This document shows positions 1 through 11,225 of a stretch of DNA of 64,000 nucleotides, piece by piece. A program made the position numbers and the translations under genes. Where the stretch lies: assembly GCA_040386535.1 (NCBI GenBank), contig JAZKFH010000009.1, forward strand, positions 181,451-245,450, given 5' to 3'. Origin of the DNA: Myxococcota bacterium. GTDB lineage: Bacteria; Myxococcota_A; UBA796; SXON01. Position 1 is the first letter of the stretch, and every line of letters starts with the position of its first letter. The notes under the pieces are model-generated. The model was not told the origin of the DNA. It did not search any database and worked only from the letters and a program-made list of their open reading frames with translations.

Positions 1-2
1 AG

Positions 3-425
3 GACGGTTTCATCCTCCCCCCGGTTTCTCTCGCTTCGGCGGGGGGCGGCGCGGCGCAGGCCCAACCCGGCATCAACTGGGTGCGTACGGAGGCCGAGGC
101 GCTGGAACTTGCGAAGAGCACGGGGAAGCCCGTCATGATCGATTTCACCGCCGAGTGGTGCGCCGCGTGCCACGAGATGGAGAAGTACACCTACACGGAC
201 GCGCGGGTCATCGCCGCCGCCGAGGGGTTCGTCCCCGCGATGCTCGATTGCACCAAGAGCGGGGACCCCGTCGTGGACGCCGTTCAGAAGAAGTACGGCG
301 TCACCGGCCTGCCGACCGTCGTGTTCGTGATGCCTGACGGGCGGCGATTGGGTGGTACGGTGGGGTTCGTGGAGGCGGAGGACTTCGTGAAGGAGATGCA
401 GGCCGCGTTGGAGGCGAAGGGATGA
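3..425 (+). CDS. C-terminal thioredoxin domain of a DsbD-like thiol:disulfide interchange protein (5'-truncated by window edge)
   Basis: Frame open from position 3; KPVMIDFTAEWCAACHEME and YGVTGLPTVVF motifs. Confidence 0.8.
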   Translation, partial: DGFILPPVSLASAGGGAAQAQPGINWVRTEAEALELAKSTGKPVMIDFTAEWCAACHEMEKYTYTDARVIAAAEGFVPAMLDCTKSGDPVVDAVQKKYGVTGLPTVVFVMPDGRRLGGTVGFVEAEDFVKEMQAALEAKG

Positions 426-754
426 AGACCAAGCTCAAGGACCTGATGGAGCTGTACGGGCGGCTCGGGATCACCATCTACGTGGTCCTCTGCCTGCTCA
501 CGTTCGGCTTCGCGTACATGCTCCTGCGGTTCGGCCTCCAGGATCAGCTGCCCGCCTGGATCGTGGAGTACCTGCCCGCCGACGGCACGACGTTCCTCGG
601 CGCCTACGCGCTCTACAAGGCCATGCAGGTGCCGCGCATCGCGTTCGCGGTCCTGGTGACCCCGATCATCGCCCGGTGGCTCGGGCACGTGCCCGCCGCT
701 CCGGCCGAGCCAGCGCCCTCGACCGAACAAGCGACCACGGCCGAGTCCGCCTGA
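422..754 (+). CDS. Small membrane protein (DUF1279/FAM210-like)
   Basis: ATGA overlap with upstream gene; YG..GITIY hydrophobic helix; AYALYKAMQVPRIA..TP motif. Confidence 0.6.
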   Translation: MKTKLKDLMELYGRLGITIYVVLCLLTFGFAYMLLRFGLQDQLPAWIVEYLPADGTTFLGAYALYKAMQVPRIAFAVLVTPIIARWLGHVPAAPAEPAPSTEQATTAESA

Positions 755-1188
755 TGCCCCCGCCCCGGCGCGCCCCGTTTGGGTTCGCCGGGCTGGTCGC
801 GTGCCTCTCCCCGCTCGCCGCGGGGTGTTCGAGCGACGAGAAGGACGAGTGGGAGTGCATCGGCCCCGTCGTCGAGGTGATGAAGTGGCGCGACGAGCGG
901 GAGGCCGCCCGCCTGCTCCGCGGGGAGGTCGTCACGCCCGCCGAGCTCGCGCGGCTGGAGCGGGAGCGCGTCGAGGCGGCCGTCTTGGCGCTCACCCCGC
1001 GACGCGCGGCGTGCGAGCTGACCTGGAGCGTCATGATGCACGTGCCCGCGGACAACCCGGGGCTGCGCCTGCGTGAAGAGGCGCTCCTCCGGGTGCTGGA
1101 GCTCCCCCCGCGCGACTACCCGGCGAACGCGGTGGGGTGGGCGGGCGTGACGACCGCGGGCCACACGCCGATGGCCCAAGAACGATAG
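754..1188 (+). CDS. Hypothetical protein, probable lipoprotein
   Basis: TGATG coupling; hydrophobic N-terminus ending in LAAGC. Confidence 0.55.
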   Translation: MPPPRRAPFGFAGLVACLSPLAAGCSSDEKDEWECIGPVVEVMKWRDEREAARLLRGEVVTPAELARLERERVEAAVLALTPRRAACELTWSVMMHVPADNPGLRLREEALLRVLELPPRDYPANAVGWAGVTTAGHTPMAQER

Positions 1189-1216
1189 GCGGCGGTTTCT
1201 GATCGAGGAGGGGCGG

Positions 1217-2062
1217 ATGGATACACAACCCGGGGGCCGATTCGTGTCGGCGCTGGCGTGCGAAGGCCGAGTGCGCGTGATGGCCGTGGTGGCGGTAGGC
1301 CCCGCCGAAGAGCTGAGGCAGCGCCACGGACTCAAGTCGATGGCGGCGATCCTGGGGGCCGAGGGCCTGATCGCCTCGCTCCTGCTCTCCGCCCACGTCA
1401 AGGGTGAGGAGCGCCTGACGATCAACGTGCGGTGCGAGCGCCCCCCGTTCGCGTTCCTGGCGGACGTCAACGGCGACGGCACGCTCCGCGCTCGCTTCAC
1501 CCCGGAGCTGCTGCACTCCAACCGGGCGTTCTCGGGGATGATGTCGGTGCTCAAGTCGCTCGGCCCGAAGGAGCTCTACAAGGGCGTTGCCGAGGTCAAG
1601 AGCGAGAAGTTCGAGGGCGCGCTCCAGCGCTACCTGACGACCTCGCAGCAGGTCGACGGGCGCGTGCGCATCCACGCCGAGCTCGACGCCGACGGCGCGG
1701 TGGCCTTCGCGGCGGGCCTGCTCGTGGAGCGGCTCCCCGACATGCCGCGGGAGGAGTTCGAGGCCCTCTTCGACAGCTCGCTCCAGGGCGACTTCAAGGA
1801 GCTGATGACCCAGTTCGCCTTCGGGCAGCTCGTCGGCGCTCCGATCGAGGTGCTCGGCGCGATCGACGTGCGCTACCAGTGCACCTGCTCCCAGGACCGG
1901 GTGGTGGGGGTGCTCCGGGCGCTCGGGCAGGGCGAGATCGCGTCGATGCTGGCCGAGCAGGGCCAGGCCGAGGTCATCTGCCACTACTGCAACGAGCGCT
2001 ACGAGGTCGACGCCGAGGGCCTCAGCGCGCTGTTGTTGGAGATGGGCGGGCCGCCGGTCTGA
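1217..2062 (+). CDS. hslO: Hsp33 redox-regulated chaperone
   Basis: C-terminal CTC...CHYC zinc switch; YL..SQQV and AAGLLVERLP motifs; GAGG RBS. Confidence 0.92.
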   Translation: MDTQPGGRFVSALACEGRVRVMAVVAVGPAEELRQRHGLKSMAAILGAEGLIASLLLSAHVKGEERLTINVRCERPPFAFLADVNGDGTLRARFTPELLHSNRAFSGMMSVLKSLGPKELYKGVAEVKSEKFEGALQRYLTTSQQVDGRVRIHAELDADGAVAFAAGLLVERLPDMPREEFEALFDSSLQGDFKELMTQFAFGQLVGAPIEVLGAIDVRYQCTCSQDRVVGVLRALGQGEIASMLAEQGQAEVICHYCNERYEVDAEGLSALLLEMGGPPV

Positions 2063-2098
2063 CCTGCCCCGGTGGCGCACGTCGAAGGCGCCCGGTTC

Positions 2099-2737
2099 TC
2101 ACCCGTCGAGGTGGGTCGCGTCGTCGAAGGTCAGGATGTGCGGTGTCCCGTCGAGCGCGAGCGTGGTGACGCCCGTGTTCCGATGCATGAATGTTCGGAA
2201 CGTGGAGAGCGGCGCGCCGGAGTGGTGGCACACGACGGTGGCGAGCACGAGCTGGTGGGTGACGACGGCCACGGTCTCGCCGGGGGCGACGGTGGCCGCG
2301 ATGCGAGCGATGGCCTCGAGCCCGCGCGCCTGCACGTCCGCGAGGACCTCCCCGCCGGGGAGCCGCACGGCGTGGGGCTGATCGCGCCACGCCACCACCA
2401 GGTCGGGGTATCGCTGCGCGAAGAGGGATGCGGAGAGCCCCTCGAGCTCGCCCATGTCCATCTCGACGAGCCCGGGCTCGGGCTGGGCCACGCCGAGCGG
2501 GGCGGCGGTCTGGCGGGCGCGCGCCAACGGGCTGGTCCACACCGCCGCGATCGGGGTGCCGGCGAAGCGGCGGCCGAGGCGCGCGGCCTGGTCGAGCCCG
2601 ACGGCGTCGAGCGGCAGATCGGTGCGGCCAAGGAACCGACGCTCGACGTTCCAGGCGGTCTGCCCGTGGCGGATGAGCAGGAGGCGCCCCGCGTGGGCGG
2701 GCGGGGTCTGCAAAGATGCTGTCAGGGTGGTGTCCAT
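2099..2737 (-). CDS. Histidine phosphatase (phosphoglycerate mutase-like)
   Basis: LLIRHGQTAWN, SPLARARQTA, EMDMGELEG, PGGE, VVTH motifs. Confidence 0.9.
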   Translation of the reverse strand: MDTTLTASLQTPPAHAGRLLLIRHGQTAWNVERRFLGRTDLPLDAVGLDQAARLGRRFAGTPIAAVWTSPLARARQTAAPLGVAQPEPGLVEMDMGELEGLSASLFAQRYPDLVVAWRDQPHAVRLPGGEVLADVQARGLEAIARIAATVAPGETVAVVTHQLVLATVVCHHSGAPLSTFRTFMHRNTGVTTLALDGTPHILTFDDATHLDG

Positions 2738-2799
2738 CCCGTCGAACGGTGCCCGCCCGGCTATCATTCGCGCGCCGGCGCTGGCCGGTTGGAGAGTGG

Positions 2800-4074
2800 A
2801 TGAGCGCGACGAAGAAGGAATACGACCCCCTATCGGGCATGTTCGGCGGCCCGGGCGGGAGTGCACCGGGCGCGAATGGCTCCGGCGGTGCCCGGCCGGG
2901 ACGGCCGCTGCCCGACGTGAGCGACGAGACGCCGAAGGGTTCGTCCGCCGACGCCCCCGAGCCGCGGCTCGCGCAGGTGGCCAAGCCGGCGCCTCCCCCC
3001 GCGCCCGCACCCGCGCCGGGGCCCGACCCGCGGCAGCTCGCCAAGATCCTCGCCAAGGCCGCCGCCGCGAAGGCGGGCGCCCCCTCGCGCCCCGCTCCCG
3101 CGCCGGACGCGCCGGCGGTCGCTTCGGAGCGCCCCGCGGCGCCGGCGAACCGCCTCGGCTCGCTCCCGGCGCCCGTCGCCGCTCCGGCCCCCGTCGCCCC
3201 GCCCAGCCGCCTCGGCGCGCTCGCGGCGCCGCCGCCCAGGCGCTCGCTCTCCGCCACGGAGGCCCTCGAGGCCGCCCGCGTCGCGGAGACCGCCCGCGCC
3301 TCCGAGGCCGCCCGTCCCGCCGTCGCCGCGCCTCCGGTGGCCGCGCCGCCCGTCGCCCCCCCCGTCGCGGCGCTCCCGTCCGCCGGGCCTCCGGGCCGCC
3401 TCGTGGCCTCGCCCGCCGGCGCGGTCAAGCCCGCCGCGGCCCCCGTGGCCGCGCCGCCCCCCGTCGCGCCTCCCGCGGCGCCCGTCATCCCGCCGCGCCC
3501 CGCGGCGGGGCGCCTCGGCGCGCTCCCGGCGCCCGCGGCCGCACCGGCGCCCACCCCCGCGGCCCCGGCCGGCCGCCTCGGCGCCCTCGGCGCGCCGCCT
3601 CCGAAGCGCACCCTCTCCGCGACCGAGGCCCTCGAGGCCGCGCGGATCGCCGAGACCGCGCGCGCCACCGAGGCCGCCCGCCCCGCGCCGCCGCCGCCGG
3701 CCGCGGCGCCCGCCGCGCCCGTCGTCGCGCCCGCCACCCCGGTCGAGGGCCTCACCGACAACGCCCAGGCCTTCATCCGGGCGGCCCTCCCGGGCTCCCC
3801 GCTCTACGTGGCGTCCGCGGTGCTCGTGGACGATCGCGGCGTGCAGCTCCCCCTCTGGAAGAGCCACCGCGCGCGGCTCCTCGCGGCGAACGACGTCCGC
3901 ACCGCCCTCGTCGCGGCGACCGTGGTGCACGCCCTCGGCGCGGTGCCGCGCGGCCAGCTCCTCGCGGCCCTCGTGGTCCGTGACGGCGGCGACCTGCTCG
4001 TGTGGTTCGACCTGCGCGATGCCCGGGTCGTGGCGGCGCTGGATCGCGGCCGGGAGTGGGGCGTCTCGTTCTGA
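2800..4074 (+). CDS. Pro/Ala-rich hypothetical protein with internal duplication and C-terminal globular domain
   Basis: GGAG RBS; two copies of RLG.LPAP...RLGAL.APPP.R.LSATEALEAAR.AETARA.EAARPA. Confidence 0.7.
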   Translation: MSATKKEYDPLSGMFGGPGGSAPGANGSGGARPGRPLPDVSDETPKGSSADAPEPRLAQVAKPAPPPAPAPAPGPDPRQLAKILAKAAAAKAGAPSRPAPAPDAPAVASERPAAPANRLGSLPAPVAAPAPVAPPSRLGALAAPPPRRSLSATEALEAARVAETARASEAARPAVAAPPVAAPPVAPPVAALPSAGPPGRLVASPAGAVKPAAAPVAAPPPVAPPAAPVIPPRPAAGRLGALPAPAAAPAPTPAAPAGRLGALGAPPPKRTLSATEALEAARIAETARATEAARPAPPPPAAAPAAPVVAPATPVEGLTDNAQAFIRAALPGSPLYVASAVLVDDRGVQLPLWKSHRARLLAANDVRTALVAATVVHALGAVPRGQLLAALVVRDGGDLLVWFDLRDARVVAALDRGREWGVSF

Positions 4075-4119
4075 GGGCCTGAACCGTGCACGTGGCCGTG
4101 GAAGCGGCCGCGCGCTGCT

Positions 4120-5214
4120 TCAGTCGAGCATCGCCCGCTCGCGCAACGTGGTGCCGCGCGGCACCCACCGGGCGAGGCGCGCACCGATCACCAGCGGCGC
4201 GGCGCGCAAGGCGTCTCCGTCCCGGCTGCCGGTGAGCAGGTGGGCCAACCGCAGCTCGTCGATGACGGCGGTGACGGCCTCGTGGAGCGCCGGGAGCCCA
4301 CGCGCCTGGGCCTGGAGGAACGGCCGCGCGATGCCCGCGCAGGTGGCGCCGAGCGCGATCGCCTTGGCGGCCGCGAGCCCGTCCGACACGCCGCCCGTCG
4401 CGATGATGCCGAGCCCCAGGTCCGTCAGCTGCGCCACGGAGGCCGCAGTGGGGATGCCCCAGTCCCAGTAGCGCTCGCCGAGCGCGCGTTGCCCGGCCGC
4501 GGCGCGCCGCGCCTCCACCCCCACCCAGGAGGTACCCCCCGCGCCGCTCACGTCGACCCAGCGCACGCCCACGCCGACGAGGCGCTCGGCTACGCGGCGG
4601 GAGAGGCCGCACCCGGTCTCCTTGACGATGACCGGCTGGCGCAGCTCGGCCACCAGGCGCCGGATGGCCTCCAGGCCGCCACGGAAGTCCTGGTCGCCCT
4701 CGGGCTGGACCACCTCCATCGCGGGGTTCAGGTGCACGCACAGGGCGTCGGCGCCGCACGCGTCGAGCATGTCGGCCAGGGCCCTGGTGGTCGTCTCCCG
4801 GGCCTGCACGACGCCGATGTTGCCGAAGATGGGCGCCGTGGGCGCCACGTCCCGCACGAAGTACCCGTCGCGGATGCCGCGCGTGAGCAGGGGGCGCTGC
4901 GAGCCGAAGCAGAGCCCCACGCCGAGCGCCTCGGCCACCGTGGCGAGGTCACGGTTGATGGCCTCGGCCTTGACGGTGCCGCCGGTCATCGCGGCGATGA
5001 AGAGTGGCGCGCGGAGGCGCTTGCCGGCGAACGAGCACGAGAGGTCGATCTCGTCGAGGGCGAGCTCGGGGAGCGCGTCGTGGACGAGCTCGACATCCTC
5101 GAACAGCGTCGTCTTGGCGTGGAAGCCCACGTCGTCGGAGACGCAGAGCGCGATGTGATCGGCCTTGCGAGCGGCGATGTCGGGGACGCCCGGCGAGGGC
5201 TTGGTGTCGGGCAT
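4120..5214 (-). CDS. fni: Type 2 isopentenyl-diphosphate delta-isomerase
   Basis: RKADHI, AMTGG, GSQR, HLNPAMEVVQPEGD, VKETGCG, GAGGTSW, WGIPTA motifs. Confidence 0.96.
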   Translation of the reverse strand: MPDTKPSPGVPDIAARKADHIALCVSDDVGFHAKTTLFEDVELVHDALPELALDEIDLSCSFAGKRLRAPLFIAAMTGGTVKAEAINRDLATVAEALGVGLCFGSQRPLLTRGIRDGYFVRDVAPTAPIFGNIGVVQARETTTRALADMLDACGADALCVHLNPAMEVVQPEGDQDFRGGLEAIRRLVAELRQPVIVKETGCGLSRRVAERLVGVGVRWVDVSGAGGTSWVGVEARRAAAGQRALGERYWDWGIPTAASVAQLTDLGLGIIATGGVSDGLAAAKAIALGATCAGIARPFLQAQARGLPALHEAVTAVIDELRLAHLLTGSRDGDALRAAPLVIGARLARWVPRGTTLRERAMLD

Positions 5215-5218
5215 CCGT

Positions 5219-6094
5219 TCACGCCTCCTGGCGCGGGGGAGGGAGGGCGTCGGCGATGGCGCTCCGGGCCCCGGGGTAGGCGCCGGTGGCGATGGAGACG
5301 GCCAGCGGCGCGAACCCCTCGGCGGCGACGGCCGAGCCGAAACGCTCGCGGGCCTCGGGGTCCGGCAGGAAGACGACGGCCATGTCGCCCCCGCCGGCGC
5401 CGCTCGGCTTGGCCGCGCCCCCGACCGACGCCGCCAGGGTGGTGATGCGCGCATGGGCGGGCGTGTCGTAGGCAATCCCGGCGTCTTGCGCCATCGCCCG
5501 GAGGAGCAGATAGGCCTCCCGGATCACGGTGATGGGATCCTTCTCGAACGCGTCCACCAGGGACCGCGACGCGGCGACGAAGGACGCGCGGCTGGTCCAG
5601 GCGAGGTACTGCGCCAGCCGCGGGCCGGTCTGGGCGCTCGTGCCGGACCACACCGCCAGCAAGGTCGGACAGGCCACCTCCGCCCCGTCGGGGAACCGGC
5701 GCACGCCACCGAGGAGCGACGCGAACACGTCCACGCCGCTGCCTCCCCCCTGCACTTCGGCGTGGGCCTCGTAGGCGCGCCGGGCGGGCAACCCGGCCGC
5801 CATCGCCGCGGCCACGACCGCCGCGGCCGAGCCGCCGAACCCGGGCTTGTCGCCGCCGCGCGCGAAGATCCGCCGGTCGACCGGGTTCCAGTCGGAGAAG
5901 GTGTACGTGGCGGCCGGCGCCCCCACGAGCGCGGCGCGGACGAAGCGATCGTCGCCCGGGGTGACGATCTCGTCTCCTGGCGTCACGACGCAGCGGACCC
6001 CACGGTCGACCGCGGCGACGATGGCGCCGGCGCCGTCGAGCACCGCGTACTCTCCGACGAGCACGAGCTTTCCGGGCGCGAGGATGGTCTTCAT
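5219..6094 (-). CDS. Phosphomevalonate kinase (GHMP family)
   Basis: APGKLVLVGEYAVL, KPGFGGSAA, GSGVDV, KPSGAGGGD; position in the mevalonate operon. Confidence 0.85.
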   Translation of the reverse strand: MKTILAPGKLVLVGEYAVLDGAGAIVAAVDRGVRCVVTPGDEIVTPGDDRFVRAALVGAPAATYTFSDWNPVDRRIFARGGDKPGFGGSAAAVVAAAMAAGLPARRAYEAHAEVQGGGSGVDVFASLLGGVRRFPDGAEVACPTLLAVWSGTSAQTGPRLAQYLAWTSRASFVAASRSLVDAFEKDPITVIREAYLLLRAMAQDAGIAYDTPAHARITTLAASVGGAAKPSGAGGGDMAVVFLPDPEARERFGSAVAAEGFAPLAVSIATGAYPGARSAIADALPPPRQEA

Positions 6095-6110
6095 TCGCAG
6101 GGTTCTCCGG

Positions 6111-7067
6111 TCACTCGAGGTGGGCCGGCCCGCCCGGCGCGAGCAGCTCGACCCGGTCTGTCACGGCGGAGAGCGCGGCGCGCACCCGCTCGGCGTCCGC
6201 CGCCTCGCAGAGCACCTTCACGTTCGGCCCCGCGTCCATCGTGTACCAGGCGCCGACGCCGAGGGCCCGCAGGCCTTTCACGGCGTCGATCGCGGCCATC
6301 GTGCCCGCGCGCCAGTAGCAGAGCGGGGGATCGGCGGCCATCATGCTCGCGTGCATGCGCATGGAGGAGCGCTCCACGATCGTGCCGAGCGCCTCGATGT
6401 CCTTGGCGCGCACGGCGGCGCGCGCCTCGTTCACGTCGCGCGGCGCGCACTCGGTCCACACCGGGTAGTACGGCGAGGTCTGCTGCGTATGGACCATGCC
6501 GTCGGTGGAGGTGGTGCCCTTCGGGCCCGAGGCGAGCACGGCGACGAGCATGCGCACGTCCCAGTGGTCGGGCGGCGCGAGGGGGATGCCGTGGCTGTCG
6601 GTGCCGTCCGCGCGGCTGCCCATCGGCCACTCCACCCAGCCGCCGAACAGGCTCCGCGTGGCGCTGCCCGAGCCGCGGCGTGCGAACACGGCGAGCTCCT
6701 CGACCGGGCGGCCGCGTCCAGACGCGGCGTCGGCGGCGAGCACGAGCGCGGCGAAGCCCGACGAGGACGACGCGAGGCCCGCCGCCGTCGGGAAATTGTT
6801 CTCGCTGGTGACGACGCAGCGCGGGCGCCACGGGTCGAGCAGGTCGAGGTTCATGAAGACGCGGCGCGCCTCCTTCCCGTCGAGCAGCTGGCCGTTGAGC
6901 CAGGCCTCGTCGGCCTCGGCGCCCCAGTTCACCGTGGTGCGGGTGGCGTACGGCGCGAGCGTGAGGGACAAGCTCGGCGTGGCCGGCAGGTTCAACGCGC
7001 GATCACGCTTGCCCCAGTACTTGCAGAGCGCGATGTTCGGATGGGCGATGGCGGTGGCGATGGACAC
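6111..7067 (-). CDS. mvaD: Diphosphomevalonate decarboxylase
   Basis: NIALCKYWGKRD, NNFPTAAGLASSSSG, RRGSGSATRS, YTMDAGPNVK. Confidence 0.96.
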   Translation of the reverse strand: MSIATAIAHPNIALCKYWGKRDRALNLPATPSLSLTLAPYATRTTVNWGAEADEAWLNGQLLDGKEARRVFMNLDLLDPWRPRCVVTSENNFPTAAGLASSSSGFAALVLAADAASGRGRPVEELAVFARRGSGSATRSLFGGWVEWPMGSRADGTDSHGIPLAPPDHWDVRMLVAVLASGPKGTTSTDGMVHTQQTSPYYPVWTECAPRDVNEARAAVRAKDIEALGTIVERSSMRMHASMMAADPPLCYWRAGTMAAIDAVKGLRALGVGAWYTMDAGPNVKVLCEAADAERVRAALSAVTDRVELLAPGGPAHLE

Positions 7068-7119
7068 GGCCGGCTCCTATCGCGATGGACCCGCGGCGGC
7101 GCCTCCGGTCGGCGCGGCT

Positions 7120-7977
7120 TCACCCGCCGACCACCACCCCGAACCCTCGAAACCCCGCCGCTCCCACCGCCACGAGCACCGCCGCCACACGCTCGGGCGC
7201 CACCACCCCGATCGCAACGCCCCCTCCGCCCGCCCCCGCGAGCTTCGCGCCGGACGCGCCCGCCTCGAGGAGGACGGCGCACGCGCGGTCGAGCGCCGGC
7301 GTCGAGACGCCGATGCGCCGCAGCAGCTGGTGGTTCTCGGTGAAGAGGGGGCCGGGGTCCTCGCCGCGCTGGAGCCGCGCCGAGACCATCTCCGCGAGCG
7401 CGCCGATGCGCCGCAGGTCGGCGTGGGGAGCGCGCGCGCGCACGCCGGCGACCATCGCGGCGGTGTCGCCGGGGGTGCCCGTGTCCACGACCACGAGGTG
7501 CAGGGGCGTCGGCACGTCGATCGCTACGATCTCGGGCCCCTCGCGCTTGTAGAGCACCACCCGGTTCAGCGCGCTGACCGCGTGGTCCACGCCGGACGGG
7601 GTGCCGTGGAGCACACGTTCGGGCAGGAACCCCTTCTCGAAACACTCCTCGAAGTCGGCGTCCCGGCCCTCCCGCGCCGCCAGCGCGCGGATCGTCGCGA
7701 CGGCGAGGGCGGCGCTCGATCCCATCCCGCAGCCGACGGGCAGATCGGACTCGATGGAGACGCCGACCCCGTCCGTGGGGAGGAGCGTCGCGAGCGCGGG
7801 CCACACGCGATCGTCCCGGATCGCGCTGTGCTCCAGGGCCGAGGGGCCGGTGCGCGCGGTCAGGGTGACGGTGGTGCGCAGGGACACGGCCGCGGCCACG
7901 GCGCGGTAACCGTACACGACGGCGTGCTCCCCGGAGAGGATGAGCTTGCCGGGGGCCGCCCCGCGCCACGGGCCCAC
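7120..7977 (-). CDS. mvk: Mevalonate kinase
   Basis: PGKLILSGEHAVVYG, LPVGCGMGSSAA, HGTPSGVD, KLAGAGGGG. Confidence 0.93.
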   Translation of the reverse strand: MGPWRGAAPGKLILSGEHAVVYGYRAVAAAVSLRTTVTLTARTGPSALEHSAIRDDRVWPALATLLPTDGVGVSIESDLPVGCGMGSSAALAVATIRALAAREGRDADFEECFEKGFLPERVLHGTPSGVDHAVSALNRVVLYKREGPEIVAIDVPTPLHLVVVDTGTPGDTAAMVAGVRARAPHADLRRIGALAEMVSARLQRGEDPGPLFTENHQLLRRIGVSTPALDRACAVLLEAGASGAKLAGAGGGGVAIGVVAPERVAAVLVAVGAAGFRGFGVVVGG

Positions 7978-7981
7978 GCCG

Positions 7982-9259
7982 TCAGCCCGCGCGCAGCCGC
8001 GCGAGCTCGGCCTCCGCGCGCTCGGCCGTGAACTCGTGCGTCGCGACGAGCGCCTGCACGACGGCCGCCACCTCGGCGGGCTCCGCGCCGGCACCGAGCG
8101 CCACGGTGCGCGCGTGCATGCGCATGTGGCCCTCCTGGATGCCCTCGGTCGCGAGGGCCCGCAGGGCGCCGAGGTTCTGCACGAGGCCCACCGCCGCCAT
8201 CAGGCAGGCGAGATCGCGCGCGCCCGACACCTCGGCCACCTTGAGGTTGGCCTGCACGGTGGGGTGCACGCGGATGGGGCCGCCCACGGTGCCGACCTGG
8301 AGCGGGAGGGTGAGCACCCCCACGAGGGTGCCCTCGCTGTCGATCTTCCAGGAGGAGAGGGGCTTGTAGCTCCCGGTGCGCGCGGCCCACGCGTGGGCGC
8401 CGGCCTCGATCGCGCGCCAGTCGTTGCCCGTCGCGATCGCCACGGCGTCGATGCCGTTCATGATGCCCTTGTTGTGGGTCGCGGCGCGGTAGGGGTCGGC
8501 GTAGGCGAAGCGGTAGGCGGCGGCGATGCCCTCGGCCATCACGGCGCCGTCGTCCGGATCGAGGTGTTCGGGGCGGAGCCGCACGGTCGCCTTCGCGAGG
8601 CGCCGCTCGGCGAGGTTCGAGAGGATGCGCAAGCCGACGGTGCCGCCGCAGATGCGCGCGACATCGGGCGCGAGCCGCTCCGCGAGCGTGTTCACCATGT
8701 TGGCGCCCATGGCGTCGACGCAGTCGAGCCAGAAGTGGAGCACCACCATGTCCTCCGGCACCTCACCGGGCTCGTCGTACCGGAGCTCGCGCACCTCCAT
8801 CCCGCGCACGCCGCCGCCGAGCTGCTCGAGCTGCACGTGCACGCCCCGACACTGCTCGGTCAGCTGCGGGATCGCGAGCCGCAGGCGTTCGGCCGCGCCG
8901 GGGGAGGGGCCGATGATCTGCACCTGGCCGATCATCTCGCTGGTGTCGGCCTCGGCGACGATCCCGCCGCTCGGCCGCGCGATGCGGGCCATGTTGGAGA
9001 CCGCCGCCACCACGCTCGGCTCCTCCATCGCCATCGGCACGAGCCGGTCGCGGCCGTTGACCACGAGGTTGACCGCCACGCCGCAGGGAAGGGCGAGCAG
9101 GCCGACCACATTCTCGATCATCGCGTCGGCCCGCGCGAGGGAGAGCCCGGCGTCGGTGTACGCGAGCAGCTCCGCCTCGGTGAGCCCGACGTGGGCACCG
9201 ACGGCGGCGCGCCGCGCCTCGGGGGTCAGGCGGTAGAAGCCGGGGATACGAGACGACAT
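7982..9259 (-). CDS. mvaA: Class II hydroxymethylglutaryl-CoA reductase
   Basis: MIENVVG, EEPSVVAA, DAMGANMVN, ATHNKGIMNGID, GNDWRA, GIQEGHMRMH. Confidence 0.96.
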   Translation of the reverse strand: MSSRIPGFYRLTPEARRAAVGAHVGLTEAELLAYTDAGLSLARADAMIENVVGLLALPCGVAVNLVVNGRDRLVPMAMEEPSVVAAVSNMARIARPSGGIVAEADTSEMIGQVQIIGPSPGAAERLRLAIPQLTEQCRGVHVQLEQLGGGVRGMEVRELRYDEPGEVPEDMVVLHFWLDCVDAMGANMVNTLAERLAPDVARICGGTVGLRILSNLAERRLAKATVRLRPEHLDPDDGAVMAEGIAAAYRFAYADPYRAATHNKGIMNGIDAVAIATGNDWRAIEAGAHAWAARTGSYKPLSSWKIDSEGTLVGVLTLPLQVGTVGGPIRVHPTVQANLKVAEVSGARDLACLMAAVGLVQNLGALRALATEGIQEGHMRMHARTVALGAGAEPAEVAAVVQALVATHEFTAERAEAELARLRAG

Positions 9260-9299
9260 CGGCGCCTCGTAACCCACACGTGCTCGCCGCTCACCGGGA

Positions 9300-11123
<1,824 letters not shown>

Positions 11124-11225
11124 TGCTTCCTCCGAAGGCCGTCGTTTAACGTCTATGTGACGGCCCGCGCACGAGATTGGGGAGAACGAGACACGCGCAC
11201 CCCTGCACGGCTGCCGCGCCGCGGG

